32,401 bases of DNA from Candidatus Hydrothermarchaeota archaeon. Its GTDB lineage: Archaea; Hydrothermarchaeota; Hydrothermarchaeia; Hydrothermarchaeales; BMS3B. Numbering within the stretch: position 1 is the stretch's first letter; each line of letters begins with the position of its first letter. A program made the position numbers and the translations under genes. This document shows positions 8,219 to 17,699 of this stretch, in pieces. The notes beneath the pieces are model-generated. The model saw nothing but the letters and a program-made list of their open reading frames with translations. It ran no database searches and was not told the DNA's origin. The stretch lies in assembly GCA_015521945.1 (NCBI GenBank), contig WANG01000187.1, positions 1-32,401 of the forward strand, written 5' to 3'.

Positions 8219-8270
8219 CTTCAGTTTTGATTTGCTACGTTAGGTGCCCGGAAGCCACCGAGGCGCGCCC

Positions 8271-9638
8271 ATGGATGTACCCAGGATTATAATAGCAGGC
8301 ACCTCCAGCAGGGCTGGCAAGACCGTTATTTCTCTGGGAATCATGCGGGCGCTGCGCAACCTGGGGTATGAGGTGCAGCCCTTCAAGGTGGGTCCTGACT
8401 TCATAGACCCCAGCTACCACCACTTCGCCGCCGGCAGGAGGAGCAGGAACCTGGACTCCTACATGATGCCCCCCGAGGCGATACGGGAGTGCTTGGTGAG
8501 GTGCTCCAGGGGGGCGGACATAGCGGTGATTGAGGGCACCATGGGGCTGTACGACAGCCACGATGCGGTGGATGCGAAGGGGAGCACCGCCGAGGTGAGC
8601 AGGATACTGCGCTCTCCCGTGGTGCTGGTGGCGAACGTGGAGAGGATTTCAAGGACCGCCGCAGCCTTCGTGATGGGGTACAGGGTGTTTGACCCTGAGG
8701 TGGAGATAGCTGGAGTGGTGCTGAACAGGGTGGGAAACCCCAGGCATGCCTACAAGGCGAGGACGGCGGTGGAGAGGCTGGCAGGACTAAGGGTTTTCGG
8801 AACGGTGCCCAGGAGGGAGGACATGTTCATCAGGGAGAGGCACCTCGGGCTGGTGCCGGCGTACGAGCGGGAGGCGCTGGAGGAGCAGCTTGACAGGCTG
8901 GGTGAGATAGTGGCGAGGCACCTTGACCTGGAGGGGGTGGTGCAGGCTGCCATGGAGGCGCCCGAGGTGGATGCAGAGCCCAGCGGGCTCTTCACGCCCA
9001 GAGAGCCCAGGGTGAGGGTGGGGGTGGCGATGGACAGGGCTTTTACCTTCTACTACCAGGACAACCTGGATGCGCTCATCGCCTCGGGTGCGCACCTCGT
9101 GCCCATAGACATGATGGAAGCCTCCTCCCTGCCGCAGGTGGATGCCCTGTACATCGGCGGAGGCTTCCCGGAGGTTATGGCGGAGGAGCTTGAGCGCAAC
9201 CGCACCCTGAGGGAGCAGGTGCGCACCGCCCTTGAGGAGGGCATGCCGTGCTACGCGGAGTGCGGCGGGCTTATGTACTTAGGGAGGAGCATCGTTACCA
9301 GGGAGGGGGAGGAGTACGAGATGGTGGGCTTCCTGCCGATAAGAACCAAGATGCACCGCAGGTTTCAGGCGCTCGGATACGTGCGGTGCGTGGCAGAGAT
9401 GGGCACCCCCATCTGCAGCGCAGGGGATGAGCTGGTGGGGCACGAGTTCCACTACTCGGAGGTGGTGCCGGAGGGCAGGCTGAGGTTGGCCTACAGGGTG
9501 ACCAGAGGGAAGGGGGTGGACGGAAGGCGGGACGGCATACTCATGGAGAACACCTTGGCAAGCTACCTGCACGTGCACGTGCTTTCCCACCCCGCCATGC
9601 CGGCGAATTTTGTGCACACCATAGAAAAATTTAAATGA
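8271..9638 (+). CDS. cbiA: Cobyrinate / Ni-sirohydrochlorin a,c-diamide synthase (CbiA/CobB/CfbB family)
   Basis: IAGTSSRAGKT P-loop, FKVGPDFIDP, RNLD, IEG.MGLYD, ERHLGL, AFTFYY, glutaminase AECGGLMYL and GHEFHYS. cbiA versus cfbB cannot be resolved by eye. Confidence 0.9.
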   Translation: MDVPRIIIAGTSSRAGKTVISLGIMRALRNLGYEVQPFKVGPDFIDPSYHHFAAGRRSRNLDSYMMPPEAIRECLVRCSRGADIAVIEGTMGLYDSHDAVDAKGSTAEVSRILRSPVVLVANVERISRTAAAFVMGYRVFDPEVEIAGVVLNRVGNPRHAYKARTAVERLAGLRVFGTVPRREDMFIRERHLGLVPAYEREALEEQLDRLGEIVARHLDLEGVVQAAMEAPEVDAEPSGLFTPREPRVRVGVAMDRAFTFYYQDNLDALIASGAHLVPIDMMEASSLPQVDALYIGGGFPEVMAEELERNRTLREQVRTALEEGMPCYAECGGLMYLGRSIVTREGEEYEMVGFLPIRTKMHRRFQALGYVRCVAEMGTPICSAGDELVGHEFHYSEVVPEGRLRLAYRVTRGKGVDGRRDGILMENTLASYLHVHVLSHPAMPANFVHTIEKFK

Positions 9639-9670
9639 GAGCTCGCAACAATCACGTGAGGGTAATCTGC

Positions 9671-11704
9671 ATGGTGAGACCGCGCAGCATGAGGAAGCTG
9701 GAGGCACTGGTGCTGGCAGAGCACAAGGATGATGTGCTCAGAGCCGTAAAGGATACGGGTGCGGTGCACTTCATCAACCTCACCGAGAACGCCGAGGCGC
9801 TGGGGAGGCTTCAGAGCGCCGGCACAAGCCACCTCAGAGCCGAGGTGGCGGAGCTGCTCTCAAAAATTGAGAACATCCTGGAGGTTTTCAGGCAGATTCA
9901 CCAGGCAGAGGTTGACTCCATGGGGGAGCTGGAGCCGGCGGCGAGGAAGCTGCCGGTGGTGGATGGGGAGGTCAGGAGGGTATTTGAGGAGATTGCGGAG
10001 AAGCTCTTCTTCCTGGGTGACAGGGTGGGCAGCCTGAACGCCAGGCTCTCGGAGATAAGGAAGGAGAAGGAGGAGCTGCGGGGGTATCAGGACACCCTGA
10101 GGAAGCTTGAGATTATGGGAATAAGCCCGAAGGACATGAGGGCGCTGAAGCACGTGTCCCTGTTTCTCGGGAGCATGCCAGCCGAGGAGGTGGAGCCCTT
10201 CCAGAAGGAGCTCGCGGATATAACCGACCTGTACCTGATGGAGACCAGGAAGCTGGACAAGAAGCACGTGCTGGTGCTGGTTGGGGTGCTGAGCAGGTAC
10301 GAGGTGGACGTGAGCAGGGCGCTCAGGCTGAGGAGGTTTGAGGAGATTACCATCCCCCTGAGGCTTATCCCCTACTCCTTGGAGGATGCGAGGAGGGTGC
10401 TGGAGGAGCAGGCGGAGAGGCTGGAGAGGGAGGAGAGGGAGGTTCTGCAGGAGCTGAAAAAGGTGGCGGAGGCTGAGATGGAGACCCTGCTGCGGTACCA
10501 GATGTTCCTGAATGCCGCGAGGCGGGTGGATGAGGCTAACCTGAACATGCTGCGCACCCGCAAGACCTACGTGTTCTCCGGCTGGGTGCCCCAGGAGCGA
10601 ACCGAGGAGGTGCGAAAAGCTATAGAGAGCGCCACCGGAGGCGCCTGCATCGTGAGCTTCAGGGAGCCGGAGGAGCACGAGCTCCCGCCCACGCTGCTGC
10701 GCAACCCGCCCGTTACAAAGCCCCTTGAAGCGCTGACCACCACCTACGGGGTGCCCAACTACCGAGAGGTGGACCCCACGAGCATCGTGGCTCTGACCTT
10801 CCCCTTCATCTTCGGGTTCATGTTCGGTGACGTGGGGCAGGGGCTGGTGCTCATCCTGGCGGGTCTGCTGGTGGGCTTCAGGGTGCGCAGGTTTGGAGAC
10901 AAGGGGAGGAAGCTGGGCAGGACGCTGGTGCTCTGCGGCATAATGGCGACCTTCATGGGGTTCGTTTACGGGAGCATGTTCGGACTTGAGGCTGAGGCTG
11001 CCCACGGGGAGGCGCCGATGCAGAAGTACTTAGGGTTCACCTTTGAGCCCATCAAGGTGCCGCTGCTTGACAGGTTCTTTGAGGGCGCCCTTCTCGCGGG
11101 TCCCGACAGGATAATGCGGGCGGTTTACTTCTCCATATACTTAGGAGTGTTTCTGCTGATTATGGGGATGGTGCTGAACCTGGTAAACCACGCTATTCAG
11201 CGGGAGATGAAGCACGCCCTCCTGAGCCCCTTCGGAGTTCCAGGGATATGGGCGCTGCTGGGAGGCTCCTACTTAGTGTTCTGGCTTAAGAGCTTCAGCA
11301 TACCCCACGTGCTGGGAGGCGTGGTCCTGCCGATACTGCTGGTGTTCCTGCACCTGCTGGTGATTGAGAGGCAGGGGTTCCTGATATCCGTCATTGAGAC
11401 CTTTGAGAACTCCATGAAGTACCTGACCAACACCCTGTCCTTCCTCAGGATAACCATCATAGGCGTGGTGCACGCGGCGCTGAGCATGATGATGGTGAAC
11501 GCCATGCTCGCCCTGGGGGACTCCCTGCTGAACCCCGCGGTTCTCTTGGTTTTCATCGCCGGCAACGTGCTGATAATAGTGATGGAGGCATTCATATCCT
11601 TCGTGCACACCCTCAGGCTGCACTTCTACGAGATATTTTCAAAGTTCTACAGGGCAAATGGTGTGCTTTTCTCACCGCTCAGGATAATGTATAAGGAGGA
11701 GTGA
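9671..11704 (+). CDS. atpI: A/V-type ATP synthase subunit I (a)
   Basis: GWVP, PPTLLRN, YGVPNYREVDPT, FGFMFGDVGQG, NTLSFLR (essential Arg), HTLRLHFYE.FSKFY. Start ATG 9671 is likely. Confidence 0.95.
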   Translation: MVRPRSMRKLEALVLAEHKDDVLRAVKDTGAVHFINLTENAEALGRLQSAGTSHLRAEVAELLSKIENILEVFRQIHQAEVDSMGELEPAARKLPVVDGEVRRVFEEIAEKLFFLGDRVGSLNARLSEIRKEKEELRGYQDTLRKLEIMGISPKDMRALKHVSLFLGSMPAEEVEPFQKELADITDLYLMETRKLDKKHVLVLVGVLSRYEVDVSRALRLRRFEEITIPLRLIPYSLEDARRVLEEQAERLEREEREVLQELKKVAEAEMETLLRYQMFLNAARRVDEANLNMLRTRKTYVFSGWVPQERTEEVRKAIESATGGACIVSFREPEEHELPPTLLRNPPVTKPLEALTTTYGVPNYREVDPTSIVALTFPFIFGFMFGDVGQGLVLILAGLLVGFRVRRFGDKGRKLGRTLVLCGIMATFMGFVYGSMFGLEAEAAHGEAPMQKYLGFTFEPIKVPLLDRFFEGALLAGPDRIMRAVYFSIYLGVFLLIMGMVLNLVNHAIQREMKHALLSPFGVPGIWALLGGSYLVFWLKSFSIPHVLGGVVLPILLVFLHLLVIERQGFLISVIETFENSMKYLTNTLSFLRITIIGVVHAALSMMMVNAMLALGDSLLNPAVLLVFIAGNVLIIVMEAFISFVHTLRLHFYEIFSKFYRANGVLFSPLRIMYKEE

Positions 11705-12042
11705 GAATGATGAGAGGAAAAGGAGTTTTTGCACTGTTAGGGATGGTGCTGGTACTGGCACTGAGTGCGAGTGCCGTGTACGCTGAGGAGACCTTGGGCA
11801 ACGAGGCTGCCCAGGGAGGCGCGGCGACCCAGAAGGGTATGTACGCCATAGCCGCAGCTCTCGCCGTGGGGCTGGCTGCCGCAGGGGCAGGCTTCGCCAT
11901 AGGGCACACGGGTGCAGCGGCGCTGGGTGCCATCTCGGAGAAGCCGGAGATGATGACCTGGGGACTTATCATAGTGGCGCTTGCGGAAGGAATTGCTCTG
12001 TACGGGCTTATAATATCCTTCATGCTGCTGACGAAGATTTAG
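11701..12042 (+). CDS. atpK: A/V-type ATP synthase subunit K (c proteolipid), single hairpin with an N-terminal signal-like extension
   Basis: AAALAVGLAAAGAGFAIG..GAAALGAISEKPE...ALAEGIALYG with the carrier Glu. Start is 11701 or 11707. Confidence 0.93.
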   Translation: MRMMRGKGVFALLGMVLVLALSASAVYAEETLGNEAAQGGAATQKGMYAIAAALAVGLAAAGAGFAIGHTGAAALGAISEKPEMMTWGLIIVALAEGIALYGLIISFMLLTKI

Positions 12043-12046
12043 GGCG

Positions 12047-13159
12047 ATGTCTGCCGGAGACTACGCGTACGTAAACGCGAAGATCGGAGCCCTGCGCTCC
12101 TGGATGCTCACCCCGGGTGAGTACCGCTCCCTGTGCGAGGCTGCCTCCCTGGAGGAGTGCATGAGCCTGCTGAAGGCGACTCACCTGGGGAAGGGCATAG
12201 CCAAGCTTGGTGAGGAGCCTGAGATACCCCAGGTGGAGGCGCTGCTGTTCTCGGAGCTGGCTTCGGAGTACGGCAGGCTGGTGCAGGGCGTGCGCAAGGA
12301 GGCGAAGATGGTCCTGCAGCGGCTGTACAGGAAGTTCGTGGCTGACACGGTGCTGAAGCCGCTGCTCAGGCTGAAGAGCGCTGGGGTGCCCCAGGAGGCG
12401 CTGCAGGACCTTTTCTACCCCTCCCAGCCACTGCCGAAGCAGGTGCTGGCGAAGCTGCTGGGCGCCGAGGATGTCAGGGAGATGGTGGAGAGCCTGAGGG
12501 ACACGGTGTACCACAAACCCTTAGCAGGCGCCCTGAGCGCCTACCAGGAGGCAGGGGTGGCGGCGCTTACCACCGCCCTTGATGGGGCGCTCTACAGGGA
12601 GCTGTGGAGCAGCACGGGGTCGCTTTCAACTAAGGACAGACGGATTGCGAGGGACTTCATAGGCAGGGAGGTGGACATGCGCAACGTGCTCACCGCCTTC
12701 AGGCTCCGTGGCTCCGAGTTCACGAAGCTTGAGCAGCAGCTTATACCGGTGAGCTACAGGGTTGGAAGGGACGTGCTGGCTGCCATACTGAGCGTGCGGC
12801 ACCTGAGCCAGCTTGCCACCGAGATTCACGGGTTTGCGTACCACTCCATGGTTGCCGCGCTGCTCAAGGAGTACGAGACCATAGCCAGGGAGCTGCCCCT
12901 GGGAGCGGAGTTCATGCCGGCCTCCCAGGAGGCTCCAGCGCAGGTGGAGCTCTTCTCGGTGCTGCCCTTTGAGCTGGCGCTGCGCAGGCAGATGCTGGGA
13001 GCCTACAGGGGAGCCTTCAGGGGCGACAGGTTCCACATAGGCGTGCCCATGGCGCACCTGTTCCTCAGGGAGAACGAGATAAGGAACGTGGTGACAATCC
13101 TCAAGCTGAAAGAGGCGGGAGCGCCTGCGGAGGGCATAGAGAAGGCGCTTGCAATGTAG
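12047..13159 (+). CDS. atpC: A/V-type ATP synthase subunit C (d)
   Basis: YAYVNAKIGAL, EVDMRNVLTAFR and ENEIRNV motifs of AhaC/NtpC; follows subunit K. Confidence 0.88.
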   Translation: MSAGDYAYVNAKIGALRSWMLTPGEYRSLCEAASLEECMSLLKATHLGKGIAKLGEEPEIPQVEALLFSELASEYGRLVQGVRKEAKMVLQRLYRKFVADTVLKPLLRLKSAGVPQEALQDLFYPSQPLPKQVLAKLLGAEDVREMVESLRDTVYHKPLAGALSAYQEAGVAALTTALDGALYRELWSSTGSLSTKDRRIARDFIGREVDMRNVLTAFRLRGSEFTKLEQQLIPVSYRVGRDVLAAILSVRHLSQLATEIHGFAYHSMVAALLKEYETIARELPLGAEFMPASQEAPAQVELFSVLPFELALRRQMLGAYRGAFRGDRFHIGVPMAHLFLRENEIRNVVTILKLKEAGAPAEGIEKALAM

Positions 13160-13195
13160 GCAGAGGGGAGGGGCACACCCAGCCTGCACAAAAGC

Positions 13196-13211
13196 TTGTT
13201 TTATGTTTTTC
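13196..13211 (+). terminator. Putative oligo-T archaeal terminator after atpC
   Basis: TTGTTTTATGTTTTT about 40 nt after the stop codon. Confidence 0.4.
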
Positions 13212-13449
13212 AAGCATTTTGCCTGTATGCCTGAGGCCCGGATGCTGGTTGGTATGAGTTTGGCGGTGAAGTACGAGCGAAGTTTTAGCGGAGTGGGTGT
13301 CCAAATAAGGGGAAACCTGTATATGAGCGGCGGCTGATTTTCACCTACACGAGTGACTGAAGAGGTATTCCTGTCTGCATCCTGCCCTGAAACAAGTCAA
13401 CCTCTTCGCCTGCACCTTAATGCCTGCTACAGCTACCTGAGGTGAGGTA

Positions 13450-13833
13450 GTGTTATCTGGACAGCTCCAAAAGCGAATGCAGAAACTCATAAAAAGAGCT
13501 GTGGCTGATGAAGACATCCTCGCAGTAATAGTCTACGGTAGCTACGCAAGAGGTGAGCCCTTCAGAGATATAGACATGTGTCTGGTTCTATTTCCCCATG
13601 CCGAGAGTAAGAGCTTTGATAAGAGGCTGGAATACTCCGAATACGAGGACATAGATGTGCAGGCGTTCAATGAGCTCCCTCTGTACATAAAACCAGGAGT
13701 GTTGAAAGAGGGAAAAATTGTTCACTGCAAGAATGAAGACCTGCTCTACGACATTGCAATAAAAACTGCAAAAGAATACGGGGATTTTAAGCCCAGATAT
13801 AAGATGTACCCGGAAGGGGTGCTGAATGGATAA
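13450..13833 (+). CDS. Minimal nucleotidyltransferase (MNT/MntA-type antitoxin)
   Basis: VYGSYARGE..RDIDMC, IDV..FNELPLYI..VLKEG. GAGGTGAGG RBS; AT-rich; overlaps the HEPN start. Confidence 0.88.
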   Translation: MLSGQLQKRMQKLIKRAVADEDILAVIVYGSYARGEPFRDIDMCLVLFPHAESKSFDKRLEYSEYEDIDVQAFNELPLYIKPGVLKEGKIVHCKNEDLLYDIAIKTAKEYGDFKPRYKMYPEGVLNG

Positions 13834-14243
13834 GGGGAGGATATTATCAAAACTGGCAGAAATTAGGTGATATCTTGGAGAGATTCATGAAAATATGCCG
13901 CAGAGTTTTGAAGAATACGAATCAAACACATTGTTGAAGAGAGCCATGGCTTCAGATTACCATTGAAGCCTGCATAGGCACCTGTGCAGTACTTGTAAGG
14001 AGCTGAAGCTGGGACTCCCTACGGAAGAGGAAGATTTCCTTCAAAAGCTGGAGAATAGAGCCATATCTAAGGAAGTTGCTGCTAATCTTAAGAGTATGAA
14101 AAAATCTGATTGTCCACAGATACTCAAAAATTGATGATCTCCAAGCTTATGAGATTCTTAGAGAGAATCTCGTAGATATCTGGAAGTTTCTAAGCGAAGT
14201 AAGGGAATTTCTAAGGAAAAACCAGTCTCAGGCGACCACGTAG
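13826..14243 (+). pseudogene. Decayed HEPN (DUF86/HepT-like) RNase toxin
   Basis: MDKGRILSKLAEIR*YLGEI..PQSFEEY..LLKRAM / LQITIEACIG..AVLV / ELKLGLP..ISKEVAANLKSMKK / LIVHRYSKIDD..YEILRENL.DI.KF. In-frame TGA at 13868-13870 and frameshifts near 13949, 13998 and 14105. Confidence 0.85.
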
Positions 14244-14328
14244 TTAATTGCAGTACCACAAAGCCTGCTGGCGAGCAAATACTATTGAATTGCTCCAAAG
14301 CTTTTTTGAGGTACACCGGGGCAACTAC

Positions 14329-16059
14329 TCAACGCACAGCCATTATAACATCCCCCGCAGCCACGCTGGCACCCTCCTGCACGAATATCTCCGCAACGGT
14401 GCCGGAGTGCGGGGAAACGATGTCGTTCTCCATCTTCATCGCCTCAAGCACCGCCACCACGTCCCCCTTCTTCACCCTGTCCCCCTTCTTCACTCTGAGC
14501 TTCACTATCATGCCCTGCATGGGCGCCTTTATGCCCCCGTCCACCTCCACCGGCTTCTGCGACTTCTGCGTGGTGGCTTCAGTAGCTTTACCCTTGGCGT
14601 TCGCCGGCGCCACCCTCACCCTGAACTCCTCCCCATCCACCACCACCACGTACTCCGCGGGAGCCCCCGCAGGCGCCTCGGAGCATGGCTCAGGGATCGG
14701 CTCCTCCTCCGCCTCCCCCTTCAGGAACTTCACCGCAATCGCGGGGTAGAGGGCGTAGGTGAGCACATCCTCCTCCTTCCTCACGATTCCCAGCCTCTCC
14801 GCCTCCTCCCTGAGCTTCTCAAGCTGGGGCTCAAGCAGGTCCGCGGGTCTGCAGTCAATCGGCTCCTCATCCCCCAGCACCCTCGCGCGCAGCTCCTCGT
14901 TAACCCTGCCCGGAGGCCTGCCGTACAGCCCCTTCAGGTAGTCCCTCACCTCCCTGGGCACCACCTTGTACCTCTCCCCCAGCAGCACGTTCATCACAGC
15001 CTGCGTGCCCACTATCTGCGACGTCGGGGTTACAAGAGGCGGGTACCCCAGGTCCTCCCGCACCTTAGGCACCTCCCGCAGCACCTCCTCCAGCCTGTCC
15101 AGGGCGTTCTGCTCCCTGAGCTGGCTCACCAGGTTGGAGAGCATCCCCCCGGGAATCTGGTAGATGAGAACGCTCACATCCACCTGGGTGGAGAGCTCAT
15201 CAATCAGGGGCTCGTACTTCTTCCTCAGCTCCCTGAAGAAGGGCGTTATCTCCGCAAACACCTTGGGGTCAATGCCCGTATCGTAGGGCGTCCCCCTGAG
15301 CGCAGCCACCACGCTCTCCGTCGGAGGGTGGGAGGTGCCCCAGGAGAAGGGCGACATCGCCGTGTCCAGGATGTCCACCCCCGCCTCCACCGCCGCCATG
15401 TGAGCCATGGGCGCCATGCCCGAGGTGCAGTGGGAGTGCAGGTTCACCGGCACCGACACCACTTTCTTCAGCTCCCTCACCAGCTCAGCGGCGGCGTGGG
15501 GGGTTATAAGCCCCGCCATATCCTTTATGCAGATAGAATCGCACTCCAGCTCTTCCAAGCGCCTCGCCATGTCCACAAAGCTCTGTATGGTGTGCACCGG
15601 CGAGACGGTGTAGCATATCGTGCCCTGCACATGCGCTCCAAGGCGCTTCGCCACTCTTATCGCAAGCTCCATGTTGCGGATATCATTCAGGGCGTCAAAT
15701 ATTCTGAAAATCTCAATACCATTCTCGTACGACTTCTCCACAAACTTCTCCACGATATCATCGCTGTAGTGCCTGTACCCCACTAAATTCTGCCCCCTGA
15801 GCAGCATCTGGGCGGGGGTCTTCTTCATGTGCCTCTTGAAGGTCCTCAGCCTCTCCCAGGGGTCCTCATTCAGGTAGCGGATGCACGCGTCAAAGGTCGC
15901 ACCCCCCCACACCTCAAGGGAGAAGAACCCGACCTCGTCCATCCTCTCTATGATATCAACCACATGCCTGGTGCGCATGCGCGTTGCCATCAAACTCTGG
16001 TGCGCATCCCGAAAAGTTGTATCCGTAAGCTTTACTCCCGGCAATCCTTCCAACCTCAC
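14329..16059 (-). CDS. pycB: Pyruvate carboxylase subunit B / oxaloacetate decarboxylase alpha (carboxyltransferase plus biotin carrier)
   Basis: DTTFRDAHQSLMATR, WGGATFD, LLRGQNLVGY, IKDMAG, HSHCTSG, PLVTPTSQIVG and the EAMKM biotin site. Start may be TTG 16044. Confidence 0.93.
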   Translation of the reverse strand: MRLEGLPGVKLTDTTFRDAHQSLMATRMRTRHVVDIIERMDEVGFFSLEVWGGATFDACIRYLNEDPWERLRTFKRHMKKTPAQMLLRGQNLVGYRHYSDDIVEKFVEKSYENGIEIFRIFDALNDIRNMELAIRVAKRLGAHVQGTICYTVSPVHTIQSFVDMARRLEELECDSICIKDMAGLITPHAAAELVRELKKVVSVPVNLHSHCTSGMAPMAHMAAVEAGVDILDTAMSPFSWGTSHPPTESVVAALRGTPYDTGIDPKVFAEITPFFRELRKKYEPLIDELSTQVDVSVLIYQIPGGMLSNLVSQLREQNALDRLEEVLREVPKVREDLGYPPLVTPTSQIVGTQAVMNVLLGERYKVVPREVRDYLKGLYGRPPGRVNEELRARVLGDEEPIDCRPADLLEPQLEKLREEAERLGIVRKEEDVLTYALYPAIAVKFLKGEAEEEPIPEPCSEAPAGAPAEYVVVVDGEEFRVRVAPANAKGKATEATTQKSQKPVEVDGGIKAPMQGMIVKLRVKKGDRVKKGDVVAVLEAMKMENDIVSPHSGTVAEIFVQEGASVAAGDVIMAVR

Positions 16060-16111
16060 CTGGAGTTAAAATCCTGCAACCAGTGTGAGCCTTCTCAACG
16101 GCAACAATTTT

Positions 16112-17023
16112 TTAAGGGCTCTCCCCCTCCAGCCCCCTCCTCACCGCCTCCACCATCCTGCACGCGCCGCACACCTCTGAGGAGCAGGGCGCCCCGCACT
16201 TAGTGCAGGCGCGCAGGGGTCTGGGCTCAGTTGCTACCGCACCCCTGAGCCGCTCCCACCCGCGAAGTATCCCGTACCTTATCCCCGGGGTGTGCTCCTC
16301 AAGCTGCAGCAGCACCTCCCTCACCAAGCTGCGGAAGGACTCCCCCGCGTACCCGCACTCCTCAAACCCCACCTCAAGCCCGGAGAGCATGGCGTAGAGG
16401 GCGACCTCCTTCTCCGGCACCTCCATCAGGGGCTTGATTCTGGGCACCATCCCGTGCCCCCTGGAGCCCCTGAGCAGCCTCTCCACATCACCCCTCAGGT
16501 AGTTCATCAGCACGCTCTGCGCCACGTCATCCAGGTTGTGCCCCGTGGCAAGCCTCTGGCACCCGAGCTCCGAGGCTGCTGTGTTCAGCAGGTACCGCCT
16601 GAGCACGCTGCACACCGAGCAGGGCTTCCACCTGGTGGCATGCGCAGCCTCATCAAGGGTGAAGCCGAAGGTATCTCTGAAGCTCCTCACATGCAGCTCC
16701 ACTCCAAGCTCCGAGCACACCTTATGCGCCCGCCGCCTGCTCACCTCCCTGTATCCAGTGATTCCCTCATCCACCAGCACCGCCACCAGCTCAAGCTCCA
16801 GCTTCTCCGCATACCCGTGGAGCAGGTGGAGCAGCACCGTGCTGTCCTTCCCCCCCGACAGGGCAACACCCACCCTGAGCCCCCTGCGGAGCATCCCCCT
16901 GCTCATCACCGTCCTCCTCACCCTGCGCTCAAAGTGGCGCAGGAAGTGCTCCCCGCACAGCCTGAGCCCGCTGTACCTCTGCACGTAGCATGCGGTTCGC
17001 CGGCACAGTGAGCACTTAGCCAC
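16112..17023 (-). CDS. ncsA: tRNA 2-thiolation protein NcsA/TtuA (TIGR00269-like)
   Basis: N-terminal CxxC..C..H, PP-loop SGGKDS, CSVCSVLRR, TGHNLDD, RIKPL and C-terminal CxxC..CxxC. Confidence 0.9.
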   Translation of the reverse strand: MAKCSLCRRTACYVQRYSGLRLCGEHFLRHFERRVRRTVMSRGMLRRGLRVGVALSGGKDSTVLLHLLHGYAEKLELELVAVLVDEGITGYREVSRRRAHKVCSELGVELHVRSFRDTFGFTLDEAAHATRWKPCSVCSVLRRYLLNTAASELGCQRLATGHNLDDVAQSVLMNYLRGDVERLLRGSRGHGMVPRIKPLMEVPEKEVALYAMLSGLEVGFEECGYAGESFRSLVREVLLQLEEHTPGIRYGILRGWERLRGAVATEPRPLRACTKCGAPCSSEVCGACRMVEAVRRGLEGESP

Positions 17024-17222
17024 CTGAAATCACCCTTATCAGCTCAACCACATCCCCGTCCCGCAGCACCTCCTCCTCGCTCACTATCCTGTTCCCCACC
17101 TTCGCCACCACCTCCTCCCTCCTGAGCCCCACCGCCTCAAGCACCTCCGCCACCCTCGCCCCCTCCTGCAGCTCCACCTCTCTAAGGTCCCCCGAGTACA
17201 CCACCCTTACCCGCATGCTCAC
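17016..17222 (-). CDS. Ubiquitin-like sulfur carrier (SAMP/ThiS/MoaD family)
   Basis: About 66-68 aa, ends VISGG, overlaps the ncsA start. Confidence 0.9.
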   Translation of the reverse strand: MSMRVRVVYSGDLREVELQEGARVAEVLEAVGLRREEVVAKVGNRIVSEEEVLRDGDVVELIRVISGG

Positions 17223-17699
17223 CTACCTTAGCTTCTTTGCAGAGCCAACGTCAGGAAAACCCTCCCTCTGCCCCGTGCCAGCCAGCCTGAGCATGTCCTC
17301 GGGGTGGAGCAGCATCCTCACCAGGTTCCTGGCGTGCTCCTTGGCGCGCATCCTGCACAGCTCCACCAGCTCAGCCTCGCTCTCCGCCTCCTCCTCGTGC
17401 ACGAACACCTCAAGGATGTGCTTCCCGGTCATGAGCTGTGCCATCATTATCCCGTAGCTCGCCACCAGGGCGGAGAGCTTATCCTTCTCATCCCTGCCCG
17501 GCATTCCCAGAGCCATGCACGCCTCGCACCCCTCCCTCTCAATCAGCACCTTGCACTCCACCGCCAAGTCCTTTATCCCCGGCACCGTTCTCCGCACCAC
17601 CTTGAGCTTGGTGGTCAGCCGCTTTATCTCCTCCTCCGCGGCTCTGCCCATATCAACCCTCGCAAAGCTCGTGTCAACCACTCCAACCCGTATCATCAT
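17223..17699 (-). CDS. ribC: Archaeal riboflavin synthase
   Basis: GVVDTSFARVDMG, RTVPGIKDL, ALGMPG..DK, HILEVFVHE.E, AGTGQREG..DVG. Confidence 0.92.
   Translation of the reverse strand: MMIRVGVVDTSFARVDMGRAAEEEIKRLTTKLKVVRRTVPGIKDLAVECKVLIEREGCEACMALGMPGRDEKDKLSALVASYGIMMAQLMTGKHILEVFVHEEEAESEAELVELCRMRAKEHARNLVRMLLHPEDMLRLAGTGQREGFPDVGSAKKLR

Noticed and set aside
13160..13449. Small ORFs or a gene remnant between atpC and the MNT
   Set aside because: No recognisable motif, RBS or RNA structure; cannot be supported.
13868..13870. In-frame TGA as selenocysteine or programmed readthrough
   Set aside because: Three further frameshifts and loss of the catalytic Arg indicate decay.
14461..14493. 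15-bp direct repeat GTCCCCCTTCTTCAC
   Set aside because: It encodes the VKKGD-RVKKGD repeat of the biotin-carrier domain; not CRISPR or a mobile-element repeat.
14248..15786. 512-aa plus-strand ORF and similar long ORFs (9860..11005, 24272..25453, 26314..27177, 4834..5550)
   Set aside because: They are antisense shadows of well-supported genes, His/Pro/Leu-rich and motif-free, as expected in GC-rich DNA with biased codons.
14329..16059. Na+-pumping oxaloacetate decarboxylase system
   Set aside because: No beta or gamma subunit genes nearby; an unlinked pycA is the simpler explanation.
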